A stretch of 63,004 nucleotides of DNA, filler included, from Octopus bimaculoides (GCF_001194135.2; 6 parts of 5 records of this genome joined end to end with filler, not necessarily neighbours in it); one strand, 5' to 3'; shown: positions 25,293-38,353, counted from the first letter of the whole stretch. Made by a program: numbers and translations. Notes: generated from the letters alone by a model not told the origin.

Positions 25293-25635
25293 TATATATG
25301 ACGTCATGACATCATAAGAATTTTATAAACTTTCGACAGAATTTAATATAATTATTTTTCTGTTTTTCTTTTTCTTTTTTTTCTTAATCGTTTACCTCGA
25401 AGCACATATAAAGCTTTTGGTTGAAAAATATTCCGTTACTGGTATGATCAACAACAAAATAATACTCTGTCCAGTTAATGACAAATTTCATTTACTTTGC
25501 ACAGGATGTAAATGAGAGCTCCTATTAGTTTCATGCTTCTGGCAATTCAATGGAAGGACATGGTTGTATGGCGTGCCGTGCCCGTGTATATTCAGACATT
25601 CAGTCAGACTCAACACACGCACACACACACAAACA

Positions 25636-25705
<70 letters not shown>

Positions 25706-26554
25706 GTGAGACCATCGGTTCACTACTGTATACATCGAGGTCACCGCGTAATTGATGACTATTTATCAATACTAAACTATCCTTCAGTGTCAAATATGTA
25801 CAAGAACTACAGCCTAGAGACACTGAGAATCGCACTTGTATAAACACTCCACGCCACGTTACAAACGACAAGCACCAGTCTCTCCTTAAGAAACTTGCCC
25901 AGAATCTTAAAACGCTGTATTCAATGGACTTACCGGTAGAAAATTATCGATAACCACTCAACTTTTTTTTTCTCGCCTTCTTTCTCAGCAACATCACCAT
26001 TCTCTGACTAACAAATCTGGGAATGTTTTCGCTCTAGTCTCTGTTTGTTAAGGCTGTGATAAACACATCTGGCTCATATCCATAAAACTCTAAGGATTTT
26101 TAGGATATAACTTAGGATATAACTGTTCGCCATCAATCGTATCTCAGTGTTCCTTATCAGCTTTTCCCAACCTCCATTAAACGTTTGGACAGTGTTAATC
26201 GATTTTAGACGCCTGTTTGGAACCTGAAGCACGTGCTCATCGTGATCCGTTTACAACCAAACTGCAGCTTTGTTGCCACGCTGAGTTCTCTACTACTATT
26301 CTGTATTCAATTGTTTTTGCTGCCAAAAAACTGAGAGTACGCGTCTTAGCTTGCCGTGTTCCTCGTCGAAGAAATGGCCGAGGTTCATTTTCAGCTGTGA
26401 TATCTCAATCATGATGCCTTTTCTAATCGCTTCTTGTTAACAAACTAACCCTCATCTTCTCACCCTTTCTATAGTTACTCTTTGTCCAATACTATCAATT
26501 CTACTATAACAGATCAATTAAATCATAGAGGTTCTTTGTGGTCGATCAATACAC

Positions 26555-26695
26555 TAAAAATAGCACCCAAATCCCTCTGCCACCTTAAAAAAATGCAGTG
26601 TGCAATATTTGAAATAACAATTGAGTGATCATAGTTGGAATGTTTTATCATAGACCTGCTCAACTAAAACGCTCAGGTAACAGCAACCACAACTA
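26555..26695 (+). mobile_element. SINE-like family C 3' fragment (paralogues at ~33745-33960 and ~57110-57290)
   Basis: Shared motifs aaatagca(g/c)ccaaatc and gaatgtttta(t)atcatag, followed by an (AAC)-rich tail. Confidence 0.55.
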
Positions 26696-27227
26696 TATAA
26701 GTTCTGTTCTTAGAGACTCACTGGTTGTAAACAATCGTCTCGTCAAATCTCGCCCAACTGTTTCTGTAGGTTTTCACACTGTATGACGAATTCAACTCCC
26801 AGTGACTAAGAACTTTTATGCATTTTATCTTGTTTGACTGAACAGATCACAAACAAAATTGTGTACACCGTACGCTATCGTTGTCGGTTGATGCTACCGT
26901 ACCCGACACAGTTTGTAGAAGTTCACATTGGCTTATTCGGAATATTCACTCAGCACCTATCAGACTGTTGAAAATGTCTGTACAGGTTTAGAAGGCTTTT
27001 AAAACCCCTCTACTATAAGTCATGTTATACAATCCCAGCAAACAGTCATGATCCCTTTTCAGTCACACACAAACACTAGAGAGTAATGTGTGTATCCGTT
27101 CAGCTCCAGTTGCAGTATGAGCAGCTTCATCCCAAAAGTACTGTCTTCACTGCTTCTGATTTCCAGAATCACCAATTTAGGATCAGCAAGATCGTTCGTT
27201 CCATCTATACAAAACAGTAGTTCCACC

Positions 27228-27403
27228 CACTAGCGTAGCTAAGGGAGGGTGACAAAGGCAGTCCGCCCCGGGTGGCACTTTTAAAGGAGTGGCACTTTTA
27301 AAGGAGTGGCACTTTTGGGTCTACTGTAGACATTATGTGTTTTTTGTAGGGGCGGCAAATGGAAGGGCCACCCCGGGCGGCACACACTGTAGCTACGCTA
27401 GTG
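27228..27403. mobile_element. hAT-type MITE, 176 bp, with perfect 14 bp TIRs and 8 bp TSD
   Basis: TIR CACTAGCGTAGCTA...TAGCTACGCTAGTG; identical GTTCCACC at 27220-27227 and 27404-27411. Confidence 0.95.
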
Positions 27404-29179
27404 GTTCCACCCCGATGTATCCGTGTCGACCGAAAGCTGCGTATCCTTCCTAGGAACGCAAGTGCATGCGTCACTGAAATCCTAGTGATTTTGTGTTTGT
27501 GTACGATATGTACATCCTCTTACTTGAAATCATTAAGCAAGTGATTTTCTTTCCAATGTGACATCAACCCAAGTACATGTAAACAAACAAGTTGTTTCAT
27601 ATTTTATCGGAAACAACCGGATAATCCGGTTTGGGGAGATCACTTGCAAAATTGGTAAGCTACATTTATTTCAGATATCATAAGCTCCCTGGGAAACTGT
27701 TCAGTGAGTATCTGGTGTACTCCTCATGCAGAAGTCTGTTTGCTGTTGTCAAAGAAAAGCGTTTGTCGATATTTACCATCTTGTTTTTTTTTTTTTTGGT
27801 TTTGTTTTTTTTTTGTCTTTATTTCGTTTCGCGTAATTTATCAATTCATCATTCTTCTTTTAGTAAGAATAATCTTTCTGTCGACTTTTGGGTAGTGCAT
27901 TCTAAACGCAATCATTTCCTAATGTATTTTTACTAAACATAATTATAACGGTAACAGTTAGAGTATTGACAGCTGATAACTTGTTTTTGGAACTTACTTC
28001 AGTTTTAAGTATTATTGTAATGCGTCTTCAATATTTCTTATTAACCCTGCTCTGTTTTCTATCTTCATGATGTTCAGTCTGTCCCTATGTATGTATTGTA
28101 TGTTGGGCATTTGATTTATTCTTTCGCTCAATCGTTCGATCACCTTCATTCGTTCACATTTTCACCCATCCCTTCGTTTCTTCTACATTTTCTTCTTGTC
28201 GGATTATATAAAAAAAAAAACCAAAAGCTGTTGCAAGCGAGAGACAGTAAATAACTCAGCGATTTGTGGAGCATGCACTAGCTGTAATTATTTAGCTCCA
28301 GACATAAACAAATACTGGACAAAATTATCTAATGTGTACTGTTTGTTTTTATTCTGGTACTTTTTTAAAACGGTAAGGTGGTATTTGAGAAAGCATTGCC
28401 TTCGCAAATCTCGCAAGCGCGGAGATATTCCATCGTTAGCTTGACCGCCCACTTTGTCTTCTGGAAGTCGAATTAGGCTCGTTGACTCAAGCTTGAGAGC
28501 CAGTCAGCCAGACGCCATCTACAAGTACCAGCTATCCAGCTAGCCGATTTCACTTCCAGTCTAGACTAGCCAGTAATCCAGATACCGATCAGCAACCAGC
28601 CAGCCAGCCACCAAATTTTCCTGCCAGCAAAGCAGCCAGCCATACGTGCAGTCATCCCTAGCCCTATTGCCAAGTGGGTGAATCACTGAAAAATTCATTA
28701 ATCAAGTCATCGTTTTGAAATGTATGCAATATAAACTGGAATTGTAGGAGTGCATCTATGTGTGTATGTATGAGTGTGTGAGTGCGTATGTTTGTAAACA
28801 TGTGCTTTAGTGGCAATGTGGTATGAATGTGCGTGTGTTTTCTATAATGAGCGTTGTAATATCATTTATGCGAGCTAAGTGTCAATGTATGTGTGTGTGT
28901 GTGTTGCGTTTTATGTTTGTGTGTCTGTATATGCACAAACCTGAGAATCTGTGAGTGTTTGGACTCGTGCTGCAATGCGGTTTGTATTGTGTGTTGTGTG
29001 TGATGCAGGACATATGATTTGTAGGTATGAGTGCGTCAATATCTGCTCTTGAACATAAACATACGCGCGCGTGTAAATTTATGTGTGTATGTGTATGTGC
29101 ATTTATGTATGTGTATGTGTGTGAGTTCAAATGTTTGGCGCCAGCGGGTAAGCGTATGTGTGTTTAAGCAATGTATGCA

Positions 29180-29231
<52 letters not shown>

Positions 29232-29284
29232 GGAGGCTTAGAAAGCGTGCATGTGTTTGTGGGAGTGTGTGGTGTGTACGTGGT

Positions 29285-29315
<31 letters not shown>

Positions 29316-29450
29316 ATGTGTGTGTGTGTGTGTGCGTGCGTGTGTGTGGTGTGTGCGCGCGCGCGTCTGTGTAAGCAGATGTAGACACGCTTAGTTCTAC
29401 ATTTCCAGATTAGCTAACTAACAATTTTGACTGAACGCCTGTCTTGCTTT

Positions 29451-29550
29451 NNNNNNNNNNNNNNNNNNNNNNNNNNNNNNNNNNNNNNNNNNNNTTAATT
29501 AATTAANNNNNNNNNNNNNNNNNNNNNNNNNNNNNNNNNNNNNNNNNNNN
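29451..29550. other. Artificial scaffolding spacer N44-TTAATTAATTAA-N44 (also at 40203-40302, 52054-52153, 54955-55054, 60674-60773)
   Basis: The same 100 bp construct appears five times; the 12-mer gives stops in all six frames. Confidence 0.95.
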
Positions 29551-29857
29551 CATCATCAACCACGGCATGTCCAGCCCTCCTTTTAACGGGTGTTGGCAGC
29601 AAACGGATCGCCTAACCATCGGAACGCATCCTTTCCACAAGAAGCGGAAGAGATTGCGTTCTAGTTTGGTGATGGTAGGGTCGGGACAAGGCACAACGGT
29701 CAGGTGGTAGTAGATGACGGACGCGATGTACGTGTTCGCCACCTCCGCCTGACCTTTTAGGGGCAGCTTCCTCTCGGCCCATTGCCGGGCGAGAGTGACC
29801 ACCCTACTCGTTATCTCGTTCCAGTTCTTCTCCGTTTGGAGGTCCGGACCAAACCAG
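29551..29857 (-). mobile_element. L1/Tx1-clade LINE ORF2 fragment (post-RT region)
   Basis: Open frame WFGPDLQTEKNWNEITSRV...QWAERKLPLKGQAEVANTYIASVIYY...LFRFLWKG...VRRSVCCQHPLKGGLDMP, typical of Tx1-like ORF2. Confidence 0.85.
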
Positions 29858-30319
29858 AGATGGATAGATAGCTAGATAGATAGATAGATCATGTATGTAT
29901 GTAGTGTATGTATGTAAGTATGTATGCAAATGTATATGCTTGTGTTTATGCGTGAATGCATATTTACGTCAGTATGTAAATTTACACTGATCTCAAAATC
30001 AGTTTCCTTATAAATATTTCATCCCTTTTCTTTTCCTGTACCTTAGTGGTTCGGTAATTACACACGCGCGGCAGAATATTATCTGACTGGAATAATTTCT
30101 GGTGGGTTTGAGTAAAACACTGACGGTGCTGCACCAGCATGGCCACAATCTAATAAGTAAAGCCCGGAAAAAAGAACAAAGCCAAATATAAGTTGTTTTC
30201 TTTTTACGTTTCTGTAGTATTTAATTCCTGTTCTTGTAACACGAAGCCGGCAAAAGATATCTATCATCCGGCAAAAGATATCTATCATCCGGCATAAGCT
30301 AGTGACTTCTTCCTTATAT

Positions 30320-30690
30320 CACATCTTTACAGCTAGCTTCACAACTACATATTTATGAGTTGTAGATTCTATGTGCTTCAAAACAGAATGCTTATGCCCA
30401 AATATCAGGACTTGATCGGCGAGGCTTTTGCCAAGGAATGACATGCAGCTTCGCTCCTTATTCAAGTCAGCTGCAGCTACTTTCCAGCAATATCGGTGCA
30501 CCATTTTATGCAAACGATTAGTCTGAAATCCAGACCACTGAAGAAATCCACCAAGGAGATAGTCACGGCAGCTGAAACCAGCTCATGGTAGCTATGGTTG
30601 ATAAATAACCACAAGTGGAAAATTAATTTTTTTCCTCACTGCCCCACTCAAGCGAAGCGTACAGGCCAAGGAGTGGAACATTTCACCTAT
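30320..30690 (+). mobile_element. Hero-like (RLE-type) non-LTR retrotransposon 3' end, copy 1
   Basis: KYQDLIGEA...KKSTKEIVTAAETSSW*LWL, the restriction-like endonuclease C-terminus, plus 3' UTR. Confidence 0.65.
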
Positions 30691-30829
30691 TTGTTTATGG
30701 GCGAAATGAGTATCAGAGATATTTTACTCCTGGCAGAAACTGCAGAAGTTATTCAGAGGTCTTGTAAGATCTTCTGCTAAATCCATGGCAAAATACGAAA
30801 CTTTTCCATATCAGCAGGTATTTCAGGGT

Positions 30830-31190
30830 CACAAGCATTTCACCCCTTAGCCTGTACGCTTTGCCTGAGTTGGGCCGTAAGGACTGAACTAGTTTTCTAC
30901 TTGTAGTCTCTTATTAACCATAGCTGCCATGAACGAGTTTCAGCTGCCGTGCATGTATCCTTGATGGCTTTCTTCAACGGTTTAGGTCCCAGATCAATCT
31001 TTTTAAGGAAATAGCATACAGGTGCAACTGAAAAGCAGCAGCAGCCGACTTCAGTAGGGAACGAGGTCGCATGCCATCCTTTAAGAGCCTCGAAGACCAA
31101 GTCATAAGTGTCCTGTTATAGACATAAATGTCCTGTTCTGAAGCATATGGAATCTACAGCTCATTTGAACTCTCAGCCCAAAGATTCAGC
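30830..31190 (-). mobile_element. Hero-like retrotransposon 3' end, copy 2 (inverted relative to copy 1)
   Basis: GWHATSFPTEVGCCCF...LKKAIKDTCTAAETRSWQLWL matches the Hero-type GW....VEVGCRGF...AE.ASRWLWL; nucleotide-colinear with copy 1. Confidence 0.7.
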
Positions 31191-31703
31191 AGACCAGTAT
31201 CACAATCAAATTAGGGACGGGAAATGTGTTTGTGGTGTTTGTGTGTATGCGATAGTATGTGAATGTGTGGGTGTGTGCTCGCTTGTGTGTAAGAACATAT
31301 ACCTGTGAATGTATGTATGTTTATTTGTATATGTGGCTATTTGTGTGTGTGTGTGCCTCTGTGTGTGTGTGTGTGTGTGTGCGTGCGTGCCTGGTTCTGT
31401 GTTTGTGTTAATGTGTGAGAATTCTACTTTATTCAGTATTCATTATGTTTAATTAACCCTGTCCTTAGATATATATACACCATCATCGATACATTGAGAC
31501 CTTATAAACACACAGGTGCGCATTCACACATGGATATTCACATGAACACACATACACATATATACACCCTAATACACAAACAAATAAACACACACAAACA
31601 CACACGCATACATATCTATATTCATATACACATGTACATATATACGTATACTTTTATAGTTATATTCATACATATATATTCATATAATTATATATACACA
31701 TAA

Positions 31704-31749
<46 letters not shown>

Positions 31750-32535
31750 ACATACATACATTCTAACACACAGACACACAGACTCAAACATATATATTCG
31801 TGTGTGTGTGTGTGTGTGTGTGTGTATTGAAATTAGATTGCCAATTAAGGGTCGTCTTTATGACTATTTTAATTGCCACCTTTGATTACTGAGTAACAAG
31901 ACCAATGTTTGGCACGATTAATGATTAATCTTTTCTTCATCCAGAGTTGGGTCTTTTATTCATAGTTCGCTACATCTGATATAAAACAGAAGAAACAGCA
32001 AAGAAAACATCATTTTTCGTTGGATGACAAGAAGAAAATATGAAGCCGATAGTTTCTTTTAATGAATCCTAGTTATTGAATGACAGGGTTAATAAAATCA
32101 AAAGGAAATATTTATTGAAGAGAAAATGAGGGTAAGAAAAAGGTTGAAGTTTGTTTCATGTCGTTCTTAACATCTATTTAACTTCTATGCGGAAATAATA
32201 TTCGATAATACCCAATCCGTTTGAAAAAAAAAGTGAACACGCGCCTTTCAATATTTGGATGTGAGGAATGAGTTGTCTTCTTTTAATTAGTCGTGTTAAT
32301 TAGTAGATAATTCCTACTCACACAAGATTGTGTGTATTTGTATGCGTATGTATACATATATATTCATATCCATGTATATACGTATGCACACACACACATA
32401 CAAACACACACATATATATACACACACACGCACACACGAACATACACTAACTCAAACACACCCACACACCCACACACCCACACACCCACACACCCACACA
32501 CCCACACATTGTATCTTTCATCCATCTAATCGCAT

Positions 32536-32596
<61 letters not shown>

Positions 32597-34139
32597 ATAT
32601 ATATATATATATATATATACATATATATATACAAAATTACGTAATTCTTTATCTGTCTATCTACCCTCTGTCCAATAGTGATTGTTTCATTGTTGGAAAT
32701 CTTTTAAAAAGTTCACCACTACGTAACAACAAGAAATCCCAGTTGAATTGCTTGTAGTTAGTTATCAGATATCCTTCATAAACAAAGAAGTCCTTTTTAA
32801 GATATACACAATAACCTTTCTAATTATCCAAGCGAGCCGCTTTGGTTTTACGTAATTCTTTAACAGAACTAATAATTCCCTACTTATATACTGACTCACA
32901 GACACTTTAGGATTCATGCAGATTCATTTGATTGCAAATGCGAGTTTAATCCGGACAGATAAGTGTCTTAATTAGCAATAATGGAGCTTATAATCTTATA
33001 AAAGGTGTTTCACTGATCTAACGACATCAGATGATAGTGCTGTTTCATTGCGTTGTCAATTATACTTGCTGAATTAGCTGTGTGGTTCCAACTTTTCTTA
33101 TTCGGCGGTGTAAGAACTGTTGTAATTGTCTGTTAACCCTTTCATTATCCATAAGAAGTTTCTTGCACAAAAGAACACTCATACAATAAATTGTTAGATT
33201 ATGGTCGGTCGTGAGTTCCATGTGAACAAGACAGAGGCGGGATTCTACTTTCGATTCTCGGCTGAGACCAGTTAAAAGTGAACAGAAAATAAGACGGAAA
33301 AAAAGTTGGGTGGGCTTCACAAACCACTGATTCTGACTTTAACTATGAATTATCCCTTTAACTGCGAAATTAAGTTTCATCATTATTAGAGTAATGATAT
33401 TAAATATCTATCAAAATGAAAAAAAAACTGTATTTTCTGCAAGCCACGTTGCTTCAATGAATATGACGTATCTCAACAAAAATTCCTCAACAAAATATAC
33501 ATTGGTATATAAGACTGCTTTCCATAAAGATAATGGATTTTTTTAGTGCATATGTCTGATTTCCGCAGTATAGGTGTTAACTAAATTGCCAAGACAGTGC
33601 ATTTGTCGAATATGTTGTAAATAATTTACATGCGTATGTTTAATGAACGCACATTTAGACCACTTAACTAACAGACTCTGCGGTTAAACCATGAAGCTTT
33701 CTCTGCAAAGCTGGTTAAAAACAAAGAGGATGTGAGTCAATAGAGAACATCTGTGTCATCGCTCAACCTACCAGAAATAGCAGCCAAATCTCCTTTAAAT
33801 CACGTTATACAATCTTAGATGAGAAAATGACATATAGACACGTAATGTAGTTCTATACACCTCTCACCAACCCATACGATAAAACAGTCGTAACTGAATG
33901 TTTTATATCATAGGACGGCTCGAGTTAACTTGAGTCTACAAAACAAAAGTCTACAGCAAATACATTGTAGAATAAAGGTTACGTTTTACATATTTTCTTT
34001 TTTGAAAACTGACCAGGGGCTTGACAACAACCATATCTATAAGTCAGATAAACTTTACTTTTATTCCTAAAATAAATAAATCATAGCTTGTTTTTGTTTC
34101 TGTTTTTGTCTTTTGCTTAGTGATATTTAACTTTATTTC

Positions 34140-34640
34140 ATTCGAGTAAATATGTGAAAGTCGTGGTGAGTGTGACGGGGTAGAGGTGAGTGTGGTAGAG
34201 TTGAGTGAGGTAGAGTTGTGGTGAGTATGGTGGGGGAGAGAGAATGGTGATCGTGTTAGAGTAGAAGTGGGTGTGACAGAGCAGTGCTGAAAGTGAGAGA
34301 AGAGAGGTGAGTATGGTAAAGTTGAGATGAGATTGACGCTGCAGCAGTAAATGTGGTAGAATAAGGTGAGTGCGGTAGAGTAAGTTTGAGTGCGGTAGAG
34401 TAAGGGTGAGTGTAAAGGAGTAAAGCTAAATGTGACAGAGCAGAGGTGAGTGTGATAAAGTGGAGGAGAATGTGACAGTGTAGAAGTCAGGATAGAGTAG
34501 AGGCGTATGTGATAGTATAGAGATGAGTATGGGAGACTACATCTGCATTCAGTAAAATACATTTTAGCTTGATAAAAGTTTAAAGGTGAGTGTAGTAACG
34601 AAGTTGTTAACTGAGTAGAGTTATAAGTAGATGTAGGCTC
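34140..34640. repeat. Highly degenerate purine-rich pentamer satellite (GTAGA/GAGTG-like)
   Basis: Recurring gtaga/gagtg/gtgag units; explains the S/T/L/P-rich ORF at 34044-34652(-). Confidence 0.75.
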
Positions 34641-35300
34641 TGTTAAAGCCAAGTGTAAGATTCCGTTTCAACTTCCAATTGGAATCAATCATTTCTCTTT
34701 AACCAAATAATTTCGCTGAGAGACATATGAGCATCACTCAAACTCATTCTCTTTCTCTCTTGCTAGTATAGCAAATCTTTTTGTTATAAATTGTCTTAAT
34801 AAACACCGTCGAATACGAGGTAAATTCCGAATAAGGGATTTGAGTGATTGAGCTGAGTTCGGGAGCTGACTGAAAGTACTGAGTGAATCACGTGAAAGAA
34901 CTGAGCAAAAAATATGAGTGAGGAATTTGCGTGAGAGAGTGGAATAAAGAAACCGAGCAAAAAAAGCAAATGAGAGCACGAGTGAAGGTACCAAGGGGGG
35001 GGGGGAGTCGCTTGTAAGAGCCGAATGAAAGAGACAATAGAGAGTGCAAGCCAGTTTCGTTTCTCAATTAACGCTACTTTGATTACACCATTGATGCACT
35101 TGAGAAAGGCATGAGTGTCACTTAATCCTATCTTCTGTATATTTTTGGTCTTTTATCAAACTAGTAAGTCATTTATAAATGAAATTCCATGAGCGCCATA
35201 GTACAAGATTTAAGTTCATAACTTGGCTACACGACCATAAAGTTTCAATGCAGAGATAAAGGAAATCGTTTCACTCTCCTTACATCATTAATGGCCATGG

Positions 35301-35703
35301 GAAGGTGGCGACCTAGCAGAATCGTTATGGCGCCGGACACAATGCTTAACGGCATTTCTTCCGGATTTACATTCTACTTTCAAATGTCACCCATGTCGAC
35401 TTCACTTTGCAGCCTTTCAAGTCGATAAAATAAGTACCAGTCAAATACTGGGGTCAATGTTGGTGACCGGTAATAAAGTCACAGGAAAAAAATGTCACAG
35501 TAATAAAGTCACAGGAAAAAAGTCGCAACTAATTTATGGGATCCGGACAAAACCCCCCTAGAACAAAACCCCTCGAACACACCGGACAAAACAGCTGTGA
35601 CTTTTTTCCGTGACTTTTTTACCTATGACTTTTTTACCTGGATTCTCAATGTAATCAGCTAGTGTCTTTCCTAAAATTGCTAGCCTTGTGCCAAAATTTG
35701 AAA
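35301..35703 (+). mobile_element. SINE family B copy split by a MITE insertion
   Basis: Head and core run to 35461; the SINE tail resumes at 35646 (tcaatgtaatcagct...gccttgtgccaaaatttgaaag). Confidence 0.8.
35462..35645. mobile_element. MULE-like MITE with repetitive subterminal inverted arrays
   Basis: Left (GGTAATAAAGTCACAGGAAAAAA)x2 versus right GTGACTTTTTTCCGTGACTTTTTTACC; flanked by TCAATGTT / TCAATGTA. Confidence 0.7.
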
Positions 35704-36069
35704 GAATTGTTATTAATAATAATAAAATACAATATTGTATTCTTATATCAACCACTTTACCAATCGGTTTCACACAAAGGTTGAGATAGTTCCGAAGAGG
35801 ATAAAAGGACGGACTAACTGCAGTTTGCATTCATTCGGTCACATGAAGTTTTAAACATTTAAATCACATTAGAGTACAACGAATTTGTTACATGTCGTCT
35901 GCCTAGAAAACTATAAAAAGTATTCAGTTGTTCGGATGTACAAATTGTTTTGAAACAACAACAGATTGTCGTTAAAGCAACAACGTGTATGTTTTTTTAG
36001 ATTTTAGTTTCACCCATCCACCTTCAATGTTCAAATTCAATCATATTGAATTTATCTTTCAATCTACCG

Positions 36070-36110
<41 letters not shown>

Positions 36111-36868
36111 TAACAGACAGACAGACAGACAGGCAAGGGATAGACAGATAGACAGAGAGACAGACAGACAGAGCGATGTCAACATAGTAATCAGTTACAT
36201 ACCGGATTCGTTTAAATCGATTGTCTCATCTCTAACAAAGTATGGCTTTGAGAAATTGCTAAAGCGGTCGCTTGTTTAATCTTACTATAAAGATTCAGGG
36301 AATCAGTAATATTTCTGCTAAGTTATCTGTCTGGCGGTGAAGAGTGGTGGTGGTGGTGCGGCAAATCTTATATGACTGGCAAAGCCACTAAAAACAACAT
36401 TAGCTTCAATGATGATGTCTTAAATTAATGAAGGATGTTTTAGGAGTATATCACATTTTATCCATCTATCTCATCAAACGGAACTTCTGAAGACAAAATA
36501 AAATAAAATAAATGTTAGCAACGGTGTTATTTCTGAAACGACAACCGAGCAGAAGTGTAAAGAGATAGACAGGTGCGCAAAGCACTAAGATAAAAGATGA
36601 AAAAAGTTAGATTGATTGTTATGAAGAAAATGACATGAAACATTTCAATTTTTTATTATGAATCAGAATTAACAGGTGGAAGAGGAAGTTAATGAACGCT
36701 TTTAGACTACATCACATGTACAAAGCATCATGTGCTTAAATTGTTATATGTTTAGGTCGTCGTATGTTTAGAACGATGAGTGGAATACCGCATCCATTAA
36801 AAAGCCGTGTATATATGTATAAATGTGTGTGTGTGTGTGTGTGTGTATGTGTGTGTGTGGGTGTGTGG

Positions 36869-38160
36869 GTGGGTGTGTCAGATAAATTCCCTCATTTATT
36901 TCTTTCTATTTATTTTAATCGTTATATTTTGTCAACAGTTTTAGCAAATGAGTCGATAATATATTCTCTTTCATTGTTCATGACTTCTTGCCAGCGTTCC
37001 ACTGGCTTACCAAAGCTTTGACCGCAGAAGTCATCGGGCCTTGACTCGTAGAATGCATTGAGCCACGTCATTGTTGAGCGACACGCCTGAGAGACTACTN
37101 NNNNNNNNNNNNNNNNNNNNNNNNNNNNNNNNNNNNNNNNNNNNNNNNNNNNNNNNNNNNNNNNNNNNNNNNNNNNNNNNNNNNNNNNNNNNNNNNNNNN
37201 NNNNNNNNNNNNNNNNNNNNNNNNNNNNNNNNNNNNNNNNNNNNNNNNNNNNNNNNNNNNNNNNNNNNNNNNNNNNNNNNNNNNNNNNNNNNNNNNNNNN
37301 GATCAAATTAGCGACCTGGAGGAAAACATTGTGAAGAAGTACGCCATGTCGCTAGTCGGTTCGTTTCAGCTCTTTTTGACTCGTTGAAAGGAAAACTCTG
37401 CTTTGAACGTGTTGTTGCTTTCAAGCATTTCATAGAGGATTAGCCCTTTCCAATCCCACAAAATGCAAACCATCTTACTAAACTACAGCTCTAGCATGGT
37501 TCGAGATGTCATTTACCTCTCAGGACTCAGCCATCCTTCCTTCTGCTACATATTGATGCAATGACGCATTTTTTTTTTTATTACCACTGACGTTGTGGTA
37601 ATGAATTCTCTGTGTCCTCGAACAGCCCGGCGGTGATAGAAGGACGCAGAAATCTGTATCTTTCGTTCAGAACGTGTGACACCCATGCACTGAATTTTTG
37701 GACCTTACCCATCGATTGAAGGTAACAGGCATCCCATCTGCGAGGCTAATTCCCTGGTGTATTAGCGTGAATTCTCGTGGATGAACTCAATCGATTTGTA
37801 TAGTACTAAACAGGTCGGCCGGAACGCGGAATGTCTGTGAGGTTGAATTTCCGATTTTGCAGCATAAAAAAAGAAACATTTCTGTGCAGTTCTTTCGGTA
37901 ACAGCACCTTCTCTGTACACAGAACAAATGTCTCGAGCTTTGAAACCTTGATGGAAAGCGAAGAGAATCAGATGTCGAAAATGTTATTTCCTACTAAGCT
38001 TTCCAGTATCATATCTCTGAAAAAAAGTAAATTTTATTCAAATTTCAAAAACGATAAGCAAAAATTGTAGAAGAAGAATAGGGCTACAAAAGAAAAAAAT
38101 ACTACGATAAAATTATTCAAATAACATTGGAAAGAAACGAACGAATTTGACAACTCAATA
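36869..38160 (-). mobile_element. Full-span decayed mariner with an internal N gap
   Basis: Minus strand HFRHLILFAFHQG..RDICSVYREGAVTERTA, IPRSGRP, MGKVQKFSAWVSH, CILWDWKGLILYE, then VERWQEVMNNEREYIID. TIR-like ends TATTGAGTTGTCAAATTCGTTCGTTT (38160) and GGGTGTGTCAGATAAATTCC (36871). Confidence 0.85.
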
Positions 38161-38283
38161 TCTATGTTCATAGAATTCTATGTATAAAACGTTCAATAAA
38201 TACTTATGTCATACTTAGAGAGTCGTGTGTCTATATGTGTGCATATTTACCTATATACATACATGTCTGCGAANNNNNNNNNN

Positions 38284-38353
<70 letters not shown>

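Noticed and set aside
26100-26420. Possible mariner HTH remnant on the minus strand
   Set aside because: Only scattered residues match; not supportable.
27275-27318. Direct repeats resembling a mini CRISPR array
   Set aside because: Head-to-tail 17-mers with no spacers, inside a MITE, in animal DNA.
27655-27710. GTAAGC...TTTCAG and CA|GTGAGT splice-like signals
   Set aside because: They imply a ~20 nt intron or a 29 nt orphan exon; no supporting coding context.
29495-29506. TTAATTAATTAA recurring five times as an apparent conserved motif
   Set aside because: Always centred in exactly 44+44 Ns; a synthetic assembly spacer.
30805-30850. GAAA...CTGATA in the Hero-like 3' UTR (type II hammerhead-like order)
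   Set aside because: The core is incomplete and the stems are not supported in either local copy.
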